DNA of 64,000 bases from Octopus sinensis (taxonomy: Eukaryota), in the NCBI RefSeq assembly GCF_006345805.1, contig NC_042999.1:102238001-102302000 (forward strand). The letters run 5' to 3'. The notes below the pieces were generated by a model, which was not told where the DNA came from, did not search any database, and saw only the letters and a program-made list of their open reading frames with translations. Both the position numbers and the translations under genes were made by a program. This document shows positions 1 to 13,664 of this stretch, in pieces. Position 1 is the first letter of the stretch. The number at the start of each line of letters is the position of its first letter.

Positions 1-1214
1 ATATATATTTTCTCCACTTCTCGGACTACTTCAGTGCAGGTCTGTGCAACGTTAATAATGTATTGAATTCAAAAGAAGAATTACTTTCCAAGAAGGTTTA
101 CATTTCAAAGAACATTTATTGTCAGTGCATAGCTATTGTATTGAGTGTACCATAGTCAAAACTTTATATAGCTGTTAAAACTAATTAAATTAGATGAAAA
201 ACTGTATAAAGTGGATAAAATTACAATAATCACTTTTATTTTTTCCGTTCTCAAGGCAGAATGTTGTAAATTTCTTTTTTTTTTTCCTCTCTCTTTTTTC
301 TTCCCTTTGGTGCCTTCTTCAAGACGACAGAAAAAAGTAATTCTTGCAATATTATTCACTTTACACCATTATCCATATAATTTAATTCTATCTAACAACT
401 AACTGTACACAAAAATACAGCTTTGATTTCAATATACACAATTCAAAGTCTACTGACAAAAAAAAAAAAAAGATTTTTCTCAAAATGTTAATCTTCTTGA
501 AACGCAATAGCTTATTAAAGTTGTACATACTTGTACTGAAGATGCCTGAGAAGCTGAAATATACAAGTGTTGAAAAGTTGTTGAATCTGATGACTTATTA
601 AAAGTATTGATTGTGAAAAATTGTTTCTAATTGAGGAAGAAAACCAGAAACTTTAGGTGGGGGAGAAGGTTGTCGATGTCATTATCCCACTACTTGACCA
701 GCTCTCTATTTTATCTACCCTTGGGGTGATGAAAGGCGAAATTGACCGAATATATACTAGCTTTGTATATAAATTATAAACAATAAACTAAAGTATAATT
801 CAAAAGATACAGCTAAAATTTGTTGGTATTTCCATACAGGCGCTAAAGACGGTCACTGAACCGTTACCGTTCGGTAACATCCTGACGTTACTTGAGGGCA
901 CATATATGTTCATGTACGTATTGATTATATGCATGCATATATATGAATACGCACATGCTTGAACGTTGCTGATTCTAGCTATGAATCTAGCTGGTGATGT
1001 TACTCTCATAGTCTACCTACACACATAAACCTATATATATATATGTATGTATGTATATGTATATATATATATTCCCTTTTTCGTCCTTTTTCCCTCACTT
1101 AACTTGTCTCTTCCTCTCTCTCTCATTCTTCATTCTCTCTCTCCCCCTCACCATTCTTCATGGTCTCCTCGCACCATTCCCCTTCTTCTCTCTCTTCCTC
1201 TTGCTCCTCCTCCC

Positions 1215-1823
1215 CCATTCCCGTCGTCCATCTGCGACGATACTTCCGTCGTAACTGCTATCCTGTCTTTTCTCGCCCGCCTTCTAAGGCCACTGGTCGA
1301 CATTCTTTCTCTCTCGTCGTCCACTATAATCCAGCGTTTGCATTACTTTTTTCGTCTGGCGTAAACAGCCCTTCTTATCTTGTTCTCCTTGTCCTGTCTC
1401 TCACTGTTATATATTTATTTTTCAACTGTTTATATATAATTTTTTTTTTACTGTTTATATGTTTGTCGTTACCGTCTTGCTTTTTTTACCATTTTTTACC
1501 CCTCTGCGAAAAGATCTCAGAATTTTATTTGATTTGCTTTTCGCAGGAAGGAAGTTTCTTCGAAGTATACGTCTCGCTTTTATCCTTCGAAACGTAGAGT
1601 AGATGAAACCTTAGCGACTGAAGAAGGGGATTTTTCGTTGTGCTTATTGTCCTGTATCTCTTTTTTTCTTTTTTGCTTGTCCTGTTCCTTGGTTTGTGTC
1701 TATGTTTTTCGTCTCTCTATGTGTTCGACGTCTTTTTGGTGTCCTGTACACATATATGCGTGTATATGTAGAGGTAGGTACGTACATATATGTTTATATA
1801 TATGCATATGTTCTATTTTATTA

Positions 1824-1830
<7 letters not shown>
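1215..1830 (+). mobile_element. Probable Penelope-derived non-autonomous repeat ending in (TA)n
   Basis: Frame reads HLRRYFRRNCYP...SLVVHYNP, resembling the F..RGYP...LV.TYHP segment that follows PLE reverse transcriptases. Hairpin ctgcgaaaag/cttttcgcag at about 1504-1546. Ends in (TA)n. Confidence 0.4.
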
Positions 1831-1859
<29 letters not shown>

Positions 1860-3182
1860 TATATATATATGTGCGTTTGTGTGTATATATATATATATGT
1901 ATGTAAAGAAAAGTCTCAATTAGTACCTATAGGGTTTACATATGAAGAATAAAGAATATGGTCTTGAATTTGGACGAAGCCATTGGGTTAAAGCGTTAGA
2001 AGAATTTTCGAGAGAACGTGAAATTAATTTTATTTTTTATCTTTTCAAGAATAGGATTTCGTAGTGAATATAAAACTATAATAAATAGCATGTAAATATT
2101 GTGCTGAAACCCGAATCCCACTATTCGATAGAAACAGATGGAAGAAACGCAAGGATTAGAACTCACGTCTTCTGGAGATATGCCCAGCATGCTACCATTG
2201 TACCAAAGCAATCCTTTAGCTATCTCTTCTCATTTTAGTAACTTTTATTCTGACTATCGAGAACTGTTTATCGTTCCCGTCATAAATATTTATAAAATTT
2301 TGAGTGAACGTAAAACAATTTTCTTTTATCAAGAATTGGATCTCGAAGCACAAGTAAAGCTATAATTGAAAGCATGTAAATATTGGGCAAATAATTAAGG
2401 CAGTGTAGTGATGCGGCAAATATTCACTTATAACAGGGTGCACTGTGATAAATAGTTTCGCATCAAACTAAATTAATCTGGCTTGATATTACGAGTATGT
2501 TAAAAATGGTTGGACGGGGTTGGCACTGTTAAATGTTCTTGAATAAAGAAGGGTGGCGATAAATATCTTTTAGAAGTATTGGTGTTGAGTCCCCTTGGTT
2601 TGCCCCAACTGTCGCGTTAGCAGGAGAAATATGATTGTTGTTATTATTACTGTCGTCGTTGTTTTACAACAGACCAATCTTGATTGAGAAACAATATGAT
2701 TAAAAGTATTCTAGACATGACCACCCCCACCTATTTAGTGTATCCAGTGTGTCTTACTTTTCTTAAAAGATGGTAGACCTGGTCCTTTATTTTAAATTAT
2801 TTTTAAGACAGTAGGGTTATATTTGAGGATGATTTGGCTGCTATTTCTAATAAGTGATGGTATTAGTGTTGGTGTGGATGGCGACGTTAATGGTTGTGGA
2901 GGTGGTGACTGTGGTGGTGCTGGTAAAGTAGTATTGCGAATAGTGGTGGTGGTGTTATACAACATTGATTATGATTTTTCCGTTTACTAATGTTGGCTGC
3001 TGGTCATACATTTTAATACCACCACCAACACCACCACCAACAACAACACCATCACTACCAGCTTCTCTTCCTTCATCTCTTCCTCCTTCCCTTCATCTCC
3101 CTCATCATCATACTCTCCCTCCTACCACTACTGTTCATATTCATTAACTTGTCCCTATGTACATATATACAAATAGAGAAAA

Positions 3183-3273
<91 letters not shown>

Positions 3274-3419
3274 ATATGTTTATATATATATATATTATAT
3301 ATATATATAATATATATATATATGTATATATATGTATATATATATGTATATATATATGTATATATATATGTATATATATATGTTATATATATATGTATAT
3401 ATATATATATAAATATATG

Positions 3420-3484
<65 letters not shown>

Positions 3485-3871
3485 GGAGAGAGTAGGATGG
3501 AAAATACATATATATATAATGTATATAAGCATGTATGTGTGTGTACATATATCTATGTGTGTATGTGTCAGTGTGTGCGTGCGTGTGTATACTTATAGAT
3601 ATGCTTGCGCGTGCGCGTGCTTATTCGTTTATGTTCTTATCTCTTCCTTGTACACTTTTAGACGGACATACCCGCTTTTTCATATTTCTTTGAAATTGTT
3701 CATCCATCGGGTGCAGCTTAGTTAAAATAAATTAAACCCATTACTACTACTACTACTACTACTGATGATGATGATGATAATGAATTGGAAAAAATATAAA
3801 TACAAAAACAACCATAACAAACAACACATCGAACCACAAAAGAATTATGTTAGAAAAAAGACAATAATATT

Positions 3872-4028
3872 AACGTTGCCCGGTGCTTGTAGGTGCAATT
3901 TGTTTTATCATATCGATTCCTAAGTACATACATAGCAATACACTAGTTAGGCATTCGTTGTTAGATCGTAAAAGTTCAGTCATCAAACAGCATTGCAGGG
4001 CGGACATGGAGTACAATATATTGAAAGT

Positions 4029-4040
<12 letters not shown>
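3872..4040 (-). mobile_element. Possible short non-autonomous Helitron remnant
   Basis: Minus strand starts TATATATAAA and ends ccgggcaacg, the first half of the Helitron 3' hairpin seen intact at 51625-51640. Confidence 0.35.
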
Positions 4041-4094
<54 letters not shown>

Positions 4095-5373
4095 GTATGT
4101 ATGTATAGACTGTCAGATACACAAGACTTAGAAAAATTAGATCTCAATGAAGTATTTTGACATTGTAGCTTTGATTTTTGGTGGCGGAAATTAATCTCAA
4201 TGTTTTTCGTGTTAGTTTCCTTATGTGTTGTGAGAGTTATGTTGTATTTTGTGAATGTGTTTGGCTTTGTGTGAATTAACGTTTGTGTTGTGTTGTGCGT
4301 ATGTGTGTATGTGTGCTTGTGTGAGTTGTGTATTGCGTGTATCTGTGTGTGTAGTGTAAATTTGTGTGTGTATGTCGTTCTCGTGTATGTTTGTATATGA
4401 GCGCCTGTACGCATGAGTGTACATGTACGTGCGTACGTGGGCGTCGGTGGTGTGCGTGATATGCATATATGTTTATGTGAAAAAGTGTGTGCGTGTATGT
4501 GTCAGGATACGTGTGTATGCTTTTATGTGTAAGAGTGTTAAAAAGTGTGTGTCAGGCAGTGCATGCGTGTTAATGAATGTGTGAACGCTTGAATGAATGT
4601 GTGTCTGTGTCTGTGTATACGTAACTGCCGCCACCCACGGAATATCCGTGCATGTGTGTGTGTGTACGTTTACATGTGCATATATATATATGTATGCATA
4701 GATATGTGTATGGGTATGTTTAAGCGAGTGCGTCTGCGTAGGTTTGTGTAAGTATTTGTGTATGTGTATGTATCTATGTATGTATACGTCTATATGTATG
4801 TGTGTTAACGTGTGAATGTACATAATTGTATGTGCGATGTTTCTTTTCAGAATTGATAAGAAAAGGGGGGGGTGCAGAAAACGAAACGGAATAATGAAAT
4901 AAATTAGTGAGGGTGGGGAGGAGAGAGAGAAGTGGGGAGAGAGAAATGAGAATAAAGAAAAATCCTCTTTGATTTTATTGATATATCATATTTTATCTAT
5001 TTATTTATTTAGAAACGTTATTAATCTTTTAAAATTATATCTGTTCATTCAGTTTCATGTTTTGTTTTATAAGGAGAGGACTTCAGCTTTCCGACCAAGC
5101 CCTCATCAATCAATGTCGTAGAGTTGGACTGAAAACATGGACGGGGACGCTTTCTGCTCTCTAATGTTTCATGAAAGGTGGGTGAGTGTATGTAGAGAAA
5201 CTGTTACGTGTTACCAAACCCGAGGTTTTTGTCGAGAAAGAGCAATATGGTCAGAATCTTGGCGGGAGAGATGGGCGGCTAACCTGATGCATTTCAATTC
5301 TCGGTTGTCTTTTCTCCATTATCCATGCCTTTGCTCGTATATATTGTGAATTATCTGAATTAGTTGTTTTAAA

Positions 5374-5583
5374 GGTGTTGAGCTCATAGAATCGTTACTG
5401 CACCAGGAAAAAATGCTTAGCGGCATTTCTTCTGGTTTTACATTCTGGGTTCAAATGTCAGACAGGTTGATATTGCCTTTCATACTTTTGGGGTCGATGA
5501 AATAAGTACCAGTCGAGTACTGGTGTCGATGTAATCGATTATTCCTTCTACGCAAAAGTTCAGACCTTGCACCTATAATAGAA
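5374..5583 (+). mobile_element. tRNA-derived SINE, family A (diverged)
   Basis: Matches the head and the gcctttcat...ggggtcgat...aagtaccag core of the 6413 copy. Confidence 0.8.
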
Positions 5584-6098
5584 AAATGTTTACACTCACA
5601 CGTGCGCGTGCACACTCATACACACATATACACACATAAAACGCACAAAACACATAACACACACACACACACAACACTATACACCATACACATACACGTG
5701 CACATACTCGCGCGCGCGCGCGCACACACACACATATATACACACTTGCTTAGCCGTCACATACAAGCGGCGAGTATGATCTAGAAGCTTGTATCAAACA
5801 TTGGCTAATTGTTTAAGTTACCTATGTAGTCGTAAGCAGACAAAGATACCCTCTAATCTTTGACACAGTGGAATCTGCAGCATGTGCAGCTGAAAGGAGA
5901 GACAGCTGGATCAGTACCAGGCTGATTCTCATTTTCAGTTTGGTTGACTGAGGCGAGGTGAAAAGATGTGCCTTTACTCAAGGACACTAGGTGTCGCTCG
6001 GTTCACGAATCAAACCTAAGACTTTAACCACTAAGCCACACGCGATACGTATGTATGATGAATACATACATACATTCGTTCATACATACATACATTCG

Positions 6099-7023
6099 TG
6101 TCATATTTCTATGGAAGACATTACGCATGTGATTAGCAGCTGTCCTAAAATGTCGTCACGGTACTACCTCCCTATGCGACACAATGTTCTTGCTAAAACA
6201 ATTTACAATGCCTTCAGCAAAATGATTCTCCTGAAATAAACTTACAAAATCTCTCTATTATGGAATACATTCATAAACACCAACTCAAGGAATACTAGTG
6301 GAATATTCCTATTAAAATGTCTGTCAAATATAAGGATAACAGTCGGATATTGTTGTTTGGGACAGAGAAGTAAAGGTATGTACCATCATAGAGGTTACCT
6401 ACCCTGCAAAAAGGCGGCGAGCTGGCAGAATCGTTAGCAGTTCGGATGAAATGCTTAGCAGTATTTCATCTGCCGCTACGTTCTGAGTTCAAATTCCGCC
6501 GAGGTCGACTTTGCCTTTCATCGTTTCGGGGTCGATTAAATAAGTACCAGTTATGCACTGGGGTCGATGTAATCGACTTAATCCGTTTGTCTGTCCTTGT
6601 TTGTCCTCTCTGTGTTTAGCCCCTTGTGGGTAGTAAAGAAATAAGTTAGCTACCTGCAGATATAAATATCGCTTTGAAAATAAAAGAAAAAGAGGATATC
6701 TATGGACAACTACTTCGAAACCTCCGGCTTCTATATCCAGACTATGAATTCATATTCATACCAATAATAATTGGAGCACTAGGTTTCGTTAGTAAATGCT
6801 TAAAGGAGAATCTCGATAAACTGGGATTTTCAGAAAAAGTTGACCAGTTGATTCGTACAAGTCCAATTTGTGAGTGGAACAGTATAAATATGCAAGACTT
6901 TTCTCAAGTTCCAAATGTAAATTTGTCTGTGTTAACTACATCCCAAATGTGGAGCCTTGTATCTTTGTTGGAAACCGGCTCCCTCCCCAGGGAAAGATTT
7001 ATAATAATTAAAAATACAAGAGA
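6099..7023 (+). mobile_element. R4/Dong-type non-LTR retrotransposon 3' end (CCHC plus restriction-like endonuclease), interrupted by a SINE
   Basis: CHISMEDITHVISSCPKM..RHN, then DIVVWDREVKVCTIIEV, then FIPIIIGALG. Collinear with 28167-29103. Flanked by (CATA)n on both sides. Confidence 0.9.
6413..6642 (+). mobile_element. tRNA-derived SINE, family A, with target site duplication
   Basis: Head GGCGGCGAGCTGGCAGAATCG, B-box GAGTTCAAATTCC, central gcctttcatc..ggggtcgat..aagtaccag domain. TSD of about 16 bp at 6392-6408 and 6643-6658; the empty site is present in the paralog near 28540. Confidence 0.92.
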
Positions 7024-7568
7024 CATACATACACCTACATGCAATCAAATAGGTGCAAAAACAACTGGGTTAACAGTACTAGGATACTAAATGTAGAGTA
7101 AAATATGGTGTTTTATTGAAGCTAAAATGTTTTTACAAATCGCTATTCAGAGTTTCATGTCTGATGATCGGTTACAACTAACAGCTTGTTGAGTCTTTCC
7201 AGTTTCTGTAAAACACCGTGTTTATATGTGTGTATGAAGAATTCGTCCTTTGTCGAAAGATACCTGTTGTTATGTCCAGTTATTTGTATTTGTGTAACGT
7301 TTCTCTGTTTTTTTCCGTCCTTGATTTCGTATACATTCGCTGCTTTCTTCCAAAGAATGTAATGCTCTCAGCTTATTTTTTCCTTCGGACTGGCCAGATT
7401 GGAGCAATCTCGAGTATAACCAGCCGAAATTGCAAAGATAATCTGGAACTCGACTGAGGATAGAAAACTCCGAATGATCCGTCCTTGTTTTCCTTGTATC
7501 GTCTGTCTGGATATATTGTTGTCCCTTTTTTGCTTCACCTAATGTTTTCCGTTCTTATCCCATGTTTG

Positions 7569-7613
<45 letters not shown>

Positions 7614-7642
7614 TATGTTTGTATGTATATATATATATATAT

Positions 7643-7697
<55 letters not shown>

Positions 7698-8063
7698 ATA
7701 TATAGGTATATGAATATGTATATATAACATACTTAACGTACGTGTATCATTGAAAAGACAGACGCTGCAATTTTGGGCTCGGGAAAAGTACCTTTATAGA
7801 TGTCTTATGTTAAAATGCGAAAACCTGCAGCTTTTGGCTTTTCACCGATACGCTTACGCTGAGTATGCTCTATAGATAAAGATTTTACTCTAGAACTGTT
7901 CCTATTGCAAATTCGTAATATAGGTATATCTATCAATCAATCAACCTATCTGTATATGTAAATTATTGTAATGTAAGACCGACCTATATAGTGCAATAGT
8001 TCTGCGAATAGTTCTGGATGGCAGTGAATCTTGAATAATATTAGTGAAGTTGGCCAAATAGCT

Positions 8064-8130
8064 GGGAAGATCTTCAAATATCGGAAGATCCTCTAAGTTC
8101 GAAAGATCCTCAAAGTTCGGAAGATCCTCA
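8064..8130. repeat. 18-bp tandem minisatellite, about 4 copies
   Basis: ggaagatcctcaaagttc-like units; the antisense translation gives EDLPNF/EDLSNL/EDLPIF repeats. Confidence 0.85.
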
Positions 8131-8603
8131 CTGTCTTTCGGTGAGGCAGTTCTAAATGAGGAAATGTTTTTAAGTACGTAAATGCCAGTTTGCAAACCAG
8201 TTGGCATGAAAAGAATGCATTGATATGGACACCGGAAGAAAATGGAAAAAGAGCCTGCCCAAGAATACCAAGTGCCGGATATTCCAAGAAAACATCAAAC
8301 ACACGATGACCACGCCGGAAGAAGCTTGCTAGCCTATGTTTCACAGACCTAAGGAGAGTCTAAGTAAAATACACACGCATAAACGCCCGCGCACACACAC
8401 ACCTAGACATATGCTTACGCACATATACGTGTTTGTGTGTGTACTTTACTTAGACTTGGACAGCGTATGTTCATATATATGTGTGTGCTTAAAGGCACAA
8501 CATGCCGCCAGGGATTGAACTCATAACGTTACGATCGTGAGCCGAATACATACATATGTATGCGTGTGCGTATGTATTTATGTATGTATATGTGTACATA
8601 CTA

Positions 8604-8770
8604 TAGGCTTCTTTCAGTTTGCGTTTAACAAATCCACTCACAAAATTTTGGTCGTCGTGGGGCTATAGTAGAAGATACTTGCCCAAGGTGCCTCCTCGCG
8701 CTGTGAAACTGAACCCAAGACCACACGGTTGGGAAGCAAACTTCTTACCCACACAGTCAGGTCCGCGCCT
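8604..8770 (-). mobile_element. tRNA-derived SINE, family B, 5' part
   Basis: Reverse complement matches ggcg..gg..tggctgtgtggtaag...ttgggcaagt of the 58963 copy. Confidence 0.85.
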
Positions 8771-9375
8771 ATATGTCTACATTGTGCATATATATTGATA
8801 CGTGCATGCGATTTCTTCTTATGCAAGAGCAAAAGGAAGAAGGGAAGATGAGATGAGTTTGCGATGTGAATCAATTGAATTACTATTATTAGTTTTATTA
8901 CCATCTCAGCCTTCCATTCCTATTTTCTCACAGATATGATATGCATTATTAAACACGACAAGATTCGTACTCGCATATCTATAAATAGGAGTTTTTTTCT
9001 TTTTCTTTCTTGACTAGGCAGAGACTCAAAGGCTATTATGTATTCTAGAATAAAAATGGAAGAAAATATACTGTGATTTTTAACATAATTCTGAAATATG
9101 TTGCGTTTTTTTTTTAACACAATTCGTCTATAAAAGGTTTTTTGCCGCACGAAAAACTGCAGCTTCTAGCTTTCCAACAGATCATGTACGTTCAATATGT
9201 TTTATAGTTAGAGTATATAGTTATATACCCTAAAACTGCTTCTATTGCATATTTCAAACTTTATTCAGCCTTTGCAGCATCTTTACAGACTAGTGTACAA
9301 TTTATATGCAATCTTTATATACAGTACTTCAGACTGGCCGTTTCGAACTCATTTCGGAAGTGACTCGAGTACCTG

Positions 9376-9412
9376 ATACTGAGAAGCCGCAAATACGGCG
9401 AAATGCATATAT
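9376..9412 (+). ncRNA. Minimal hammerhead ribozyme-like motif with one core change
   Basis: ATA-CTGAGAA-GCCG caaata CGGC-GAAA-TGCA-TA-TAT. Palindromic ATGCAT stem III. Stem I is only 3 bp. Confidence 0.5.
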
Positions 9413-10961
9413 GTGCTCTTGCGGCTACTTCCGAATCGATTTCATTTCACCTAGCTCTGAAGTATATAATTTTTTAACACAATACGTCTATAAAAGTATC
9501 TTTCTCGGACGAAAAGCTGCAGCTTCCAACTTAAGTATATTATATAGTTAAAAATTTTACTTACTATGGCGTTCATCCGTGACCTCTTTTCGACATAGAT
9601 GTTTACTACATATTGGAAATGAAGTAAAATAGCCCCAGACAAGCTGCGCCCTCAGTCTGCCAGGAACGTGAGATTTTACTTTTTTTCCGCTCTCCCACCA
9701 TTGCCATACATATGGACAAGTTCCTGTCAAAGACTTTAAATCTATGCCAGGAACGGACAGTCTTTTGCTAGAAGTGGGCCGCATGAGACATGATCCATCC
9801 TCAGGTGGGTCACATTACTAAAAAAAAAAATGCAAGGTAATTTTTCGTCTGCAAGTTCCGCGGACAGCAGTTTGCCCATGACTGCTCAAATGCCCACGAC
9901 CACTCAGTCTGCTAAGAATACTAGTAAAATTTCGCTTAAATCACACCTTAACGTCTTAAAAGTGTGTCACGTTGGCTTATGTACACAAATGTCTGAAAAG
10001 AGAAAAGGCAGGATGGTCATAGCTGGGATACCTTTGATCAAATGCCTGTTCGATCTGGAATGGTATGGCACTAAACAGCAACAATAAATGTTTAAATGTT
10101 GATTTCTTCTGAACAATAGCAACTACTACTACTACTACTACCACTGCCGCCGCCACCACCACCACCACCACCACAACTACTACTGCTGTTGCTGCTGCTG
10201 CAGCTGCTGCTGCTACTACTACTACCACCACCACCACCACCACCTATTACACAAACAGTGATATGTATTTGAATGGCATGTATTTAAATAGTTATTTCTC
10301 TTAGCTCATTTTTCTTGCTTAAATTATGCAAATTACCTAGGCCGTTACTGTTTTCTATTCTGTTTTATATAAGTCTAAGCCCTTTGGCTACTGGATATAA
10401 TGTAAGACAGTTGCTATGCTAATGAAGGCTATTGAACTAGAAACATGCTTCATAACTGCCTTCTTATCTGCTTATAATTACCATGTGGTACTGTTATGTA
10501 CACAAATATCTGGTTATAATTACCATGTGGTGTTCTTGAGCTGGATGTAATTTTTATAAATTTAAAATTTTTGTTGTAAGGTATTTAACATGTCGATGTT
10601 TGTACGTAGGTACGTACATACACATCAACATGCACTGTTATGAGTTCGGTAGTTTTTGTTTTTATTAGGCCACCAGGTGGCTTACGCGAGATTTGAACTC
10701 GGAATGCACAGAGCCAGAATAGATTGTGAAAAACATCGCATTCGACACCAATTCACCATCCTGGACGACTACTTTATTTATTGATTCTGCAAAGAGAAGA
10801 GCAAAAATTCACCTAAGTGGGGTTTGAACTTGGAGAACTGGAGAACTGACGACTGGAGAACTGAGCTATTTCACAGCCTTTGATAATTCTTTTTCACTTC
10901 CCTATTTGGGCATTGTAAACACTGTATCGTGTTTCTTTTTGTTATTGTAATTGTTGCTACT

Positions 10962-11002
<41 letters not shown>

Positions 11003-11092
11003 TGCTGTTTATTCCCGAATCAGCTCGGATCCAGCTGATCTATAATGAAATATCTTTCTTGATATCGTTTTTGCATATCTAACGTACATTAA

Positions 11093-11343
11093 ATAAATGT
11101 TCCTTCTCGAGCCATGCCAGGCTCATAAGGGCCGGTTTCCCGGTTTCAGTGGCGTAGAAATTCCCCACCTGGACGGGACGCCAGTCCGTTGCAGGATTAC
11201 TAATTTTTGTCAGCTGAGTGGACTGGAGCAACGTGAAATGAAGTGTTGTGCTCGAGAACACAGCGCATCGCCCGGTCCAGGAATCGAAACCACAACCATA
11301 CGATTATGAGTTCAACACCCTAACAACTAAGCCACGCGCCTCC
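11093..11343 (-). mobile_element. tRNA-derived SINE, family C, with target site duplication
   Basis: Minus head GGAGGCGCGTGGCTTAG, B-box GGTTTCGATTCC, 3' ggactggcgtcccgtccag block. TSD taacgtacattaa at 11080-11092 and 11344-11356. Confidence 0.92.
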
Positions 11344-13580
11344 TAACGTACATTAACCAATGTCTTATTTTTTTAGAAAAACGACTTATTTTTTTAGAAA
11401 AACACAATTCGAAGAGGATTTAACTTACTATTTGTAGCAGGTCAAACGGCTATGTGAAGGTACCTTCTACCTCGCGTTAAATACGCACAGGAAGAGAAAG
11501 GCTTAAAAACTCCTGTGAGGATCGGGGTATTTTTGAGGTAGGGGACAACTCAATCAAAATAAAAATTGATGCACAACTTGATAGTTTTGCGAAGTCGATA
11601 TGAAAACCTCATAGGAAAAATGAATTTCGAAATACCCATGGGACAGGTTTTTCCCCACCCCAAATATCATTACACAGGTTATACACACATGCGTTTACGG
11701 ATACCTATCGATCTTATAGAATAGATTCTATGCTTCTAACCTGGAACTAAGTTATGAAAACACAGGACCATTGTATAATTATGTTTAAAACTTTTTCGTT
11801 TGAACATGAATACTTTCGGCATGTTGGAAGAGCAATCTCCCATATTATGAAATGTACGCGTCTATATTATACATCTGTGGCCTTGTGATATTGTCTGGCT
11901 TAATGGTAAATTTCTAATCTTTGTGAAGAATATATTGTAAAAAGAGCACGAAATAATGCACAACAAACGACTGGGTCTCTCAGTTCTCAACAATAGAGAT
12001 GATGCTTGTGGATGGTTGACTCTTTCAATAACAGCTATATTTCACCCATCCACACCCTCGCTGTCTGAATATTTCTCTCTCTTCTCTCTCTTCTCTCACT
12101 GATTTGAAATACATCTTATATCCGATCATAAATCAGGATATGGTTTTGATAGTAATCCATTATTCATGCTTTTGATTGAAAATGTTTGATGGCTTTGTAT
12201 GTATGAGAAGAGGGAGGGAGGGAGAGAGAGAGAGAGAGAAAGAGATAGATAGATAGATAGAGAGAGAGAGAAGGGGAGGGAGAGAGAGAGATGGGGGAGA
12301 AGGGTTAAGAGAAAGAGTGAAAATGGAATACTGAGTGAAAAGATAAAAGAATTGCCGAACTTTCTTGATGGCAGTTTGCAATCATAATGCATTTTTCTAA
12401 CAAACAGAACATATTTTGATGCAAAGTATAGGCATGATATCATCTTAGTGTCAATCACTTGTCTTGTTGAAATCCCGCGAACTCTAACCTACAGTTTTTA
12501 TATAACATGAACACGAAATTCGGCTCAATATTTTCCTACTTGATTTCTCTCTGGTTACTATAGCGAACATTTAAAATTCTAAAGCGATTAAATAATTCGG
12601 TACTATACAGAATATGAAGTTCTTCTAGTACATACTTTAAATGACAAACAGCGTATTTCCTGTTATTCTCTTCCAAATTTTACCATTTTACTTAATTTGA
12701 GAAAGAGAAACCACGTAATAAAAATTTTGTCCATTTAGACAATTTTTTGAAATATGAATTTCCGTTTGTTGATCAATTGATCACGTGATTTCATTTCAAT
12801 TTCGAGCCTTCAGTGCACCAAAAGAGTTGATATATACAAAGATTTTATCAATATTCACTGATAGTTTTTCCAATGATATTAAATTTGTATAAGGTCATAA
12901 ATGAAATTAACCGACAGTGGACACATGCCTTATCTCCCTATCTTTCCACAACGTCAGCTGCTGGAAATTTTTCCGCTCTTGTTTTTCTTGTATATGCTGA
13001 TGTTTAAACAATTCTCAAAGAGGAATAAAATATTTTGCTGTGATGGAGCCTGTTTCAAGCAGGTCCCAACTCATCGGATAGAACATAAAACTACACACAT
13101 ATGCGCAAGAATCTTATTTCAAACCACTTTTTAATACAGCTGATGACGTAAATACACGTGTGTATTTTTTACATACATTTATCTCCTATAAATGTATTTA
13201 GTTCAGTAAAAAATATTATATTTTGCTTATTTAAATATGTAAGCATTGATTGGTATTCAATTTTTCTGTTTGTATTATATATTTAATACACAAGAAGACA
13301 GGAAAATAATCATAATTTGTGTGCCGTGTCTGGCGTAGATCTTAAAGCAATGTTAACCCCTAGACCAGAGCGACTTGAACCGTCCAAATTAGAAAACTTA
13401 ATCTAAATAACTAAGATTACATATAAACGGCCTGTCGTTGGGAATCTCAGTCCACATTTTCTCAAGGTATGGTAGATATATATAGAGAGAGATTTATTAT
13501 TGCTTGTTTCTCTTTTTTCGAGATCAGTGACTTTTCGTCACTGGAAAAAGTATATGTATTTGCATCGAAAAACACTTCTT

Positions 13581-13664
13581 ATCCCCAGCCGGTGCTTGTC
13601 ATACGCTGATGACGGGTTATTACCCAGAAACTTGGGTTCGTGTGTATCACGTCAGGCTGGAGAT
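13581..13664 (+). ncRNA. Type I hammerhead ribozyme with extended stem I
   Basis: ATACG-CTGATGA-c-GGGT tatt ACCC-a-GAAA-C ttgg GTT/CGTGT. Distal stem ATCCCCAGCC/GGCTGGAGAT. Confidence 0.8.

Noticed and set aside
529-568. Hammerhead-like acttgta-CTGAAGA...GAAA-ta-tacaagt
   Set aside because: Stem I is good, but stem II is weak and stem III/NUH is two bases short; at best a decayed copy.
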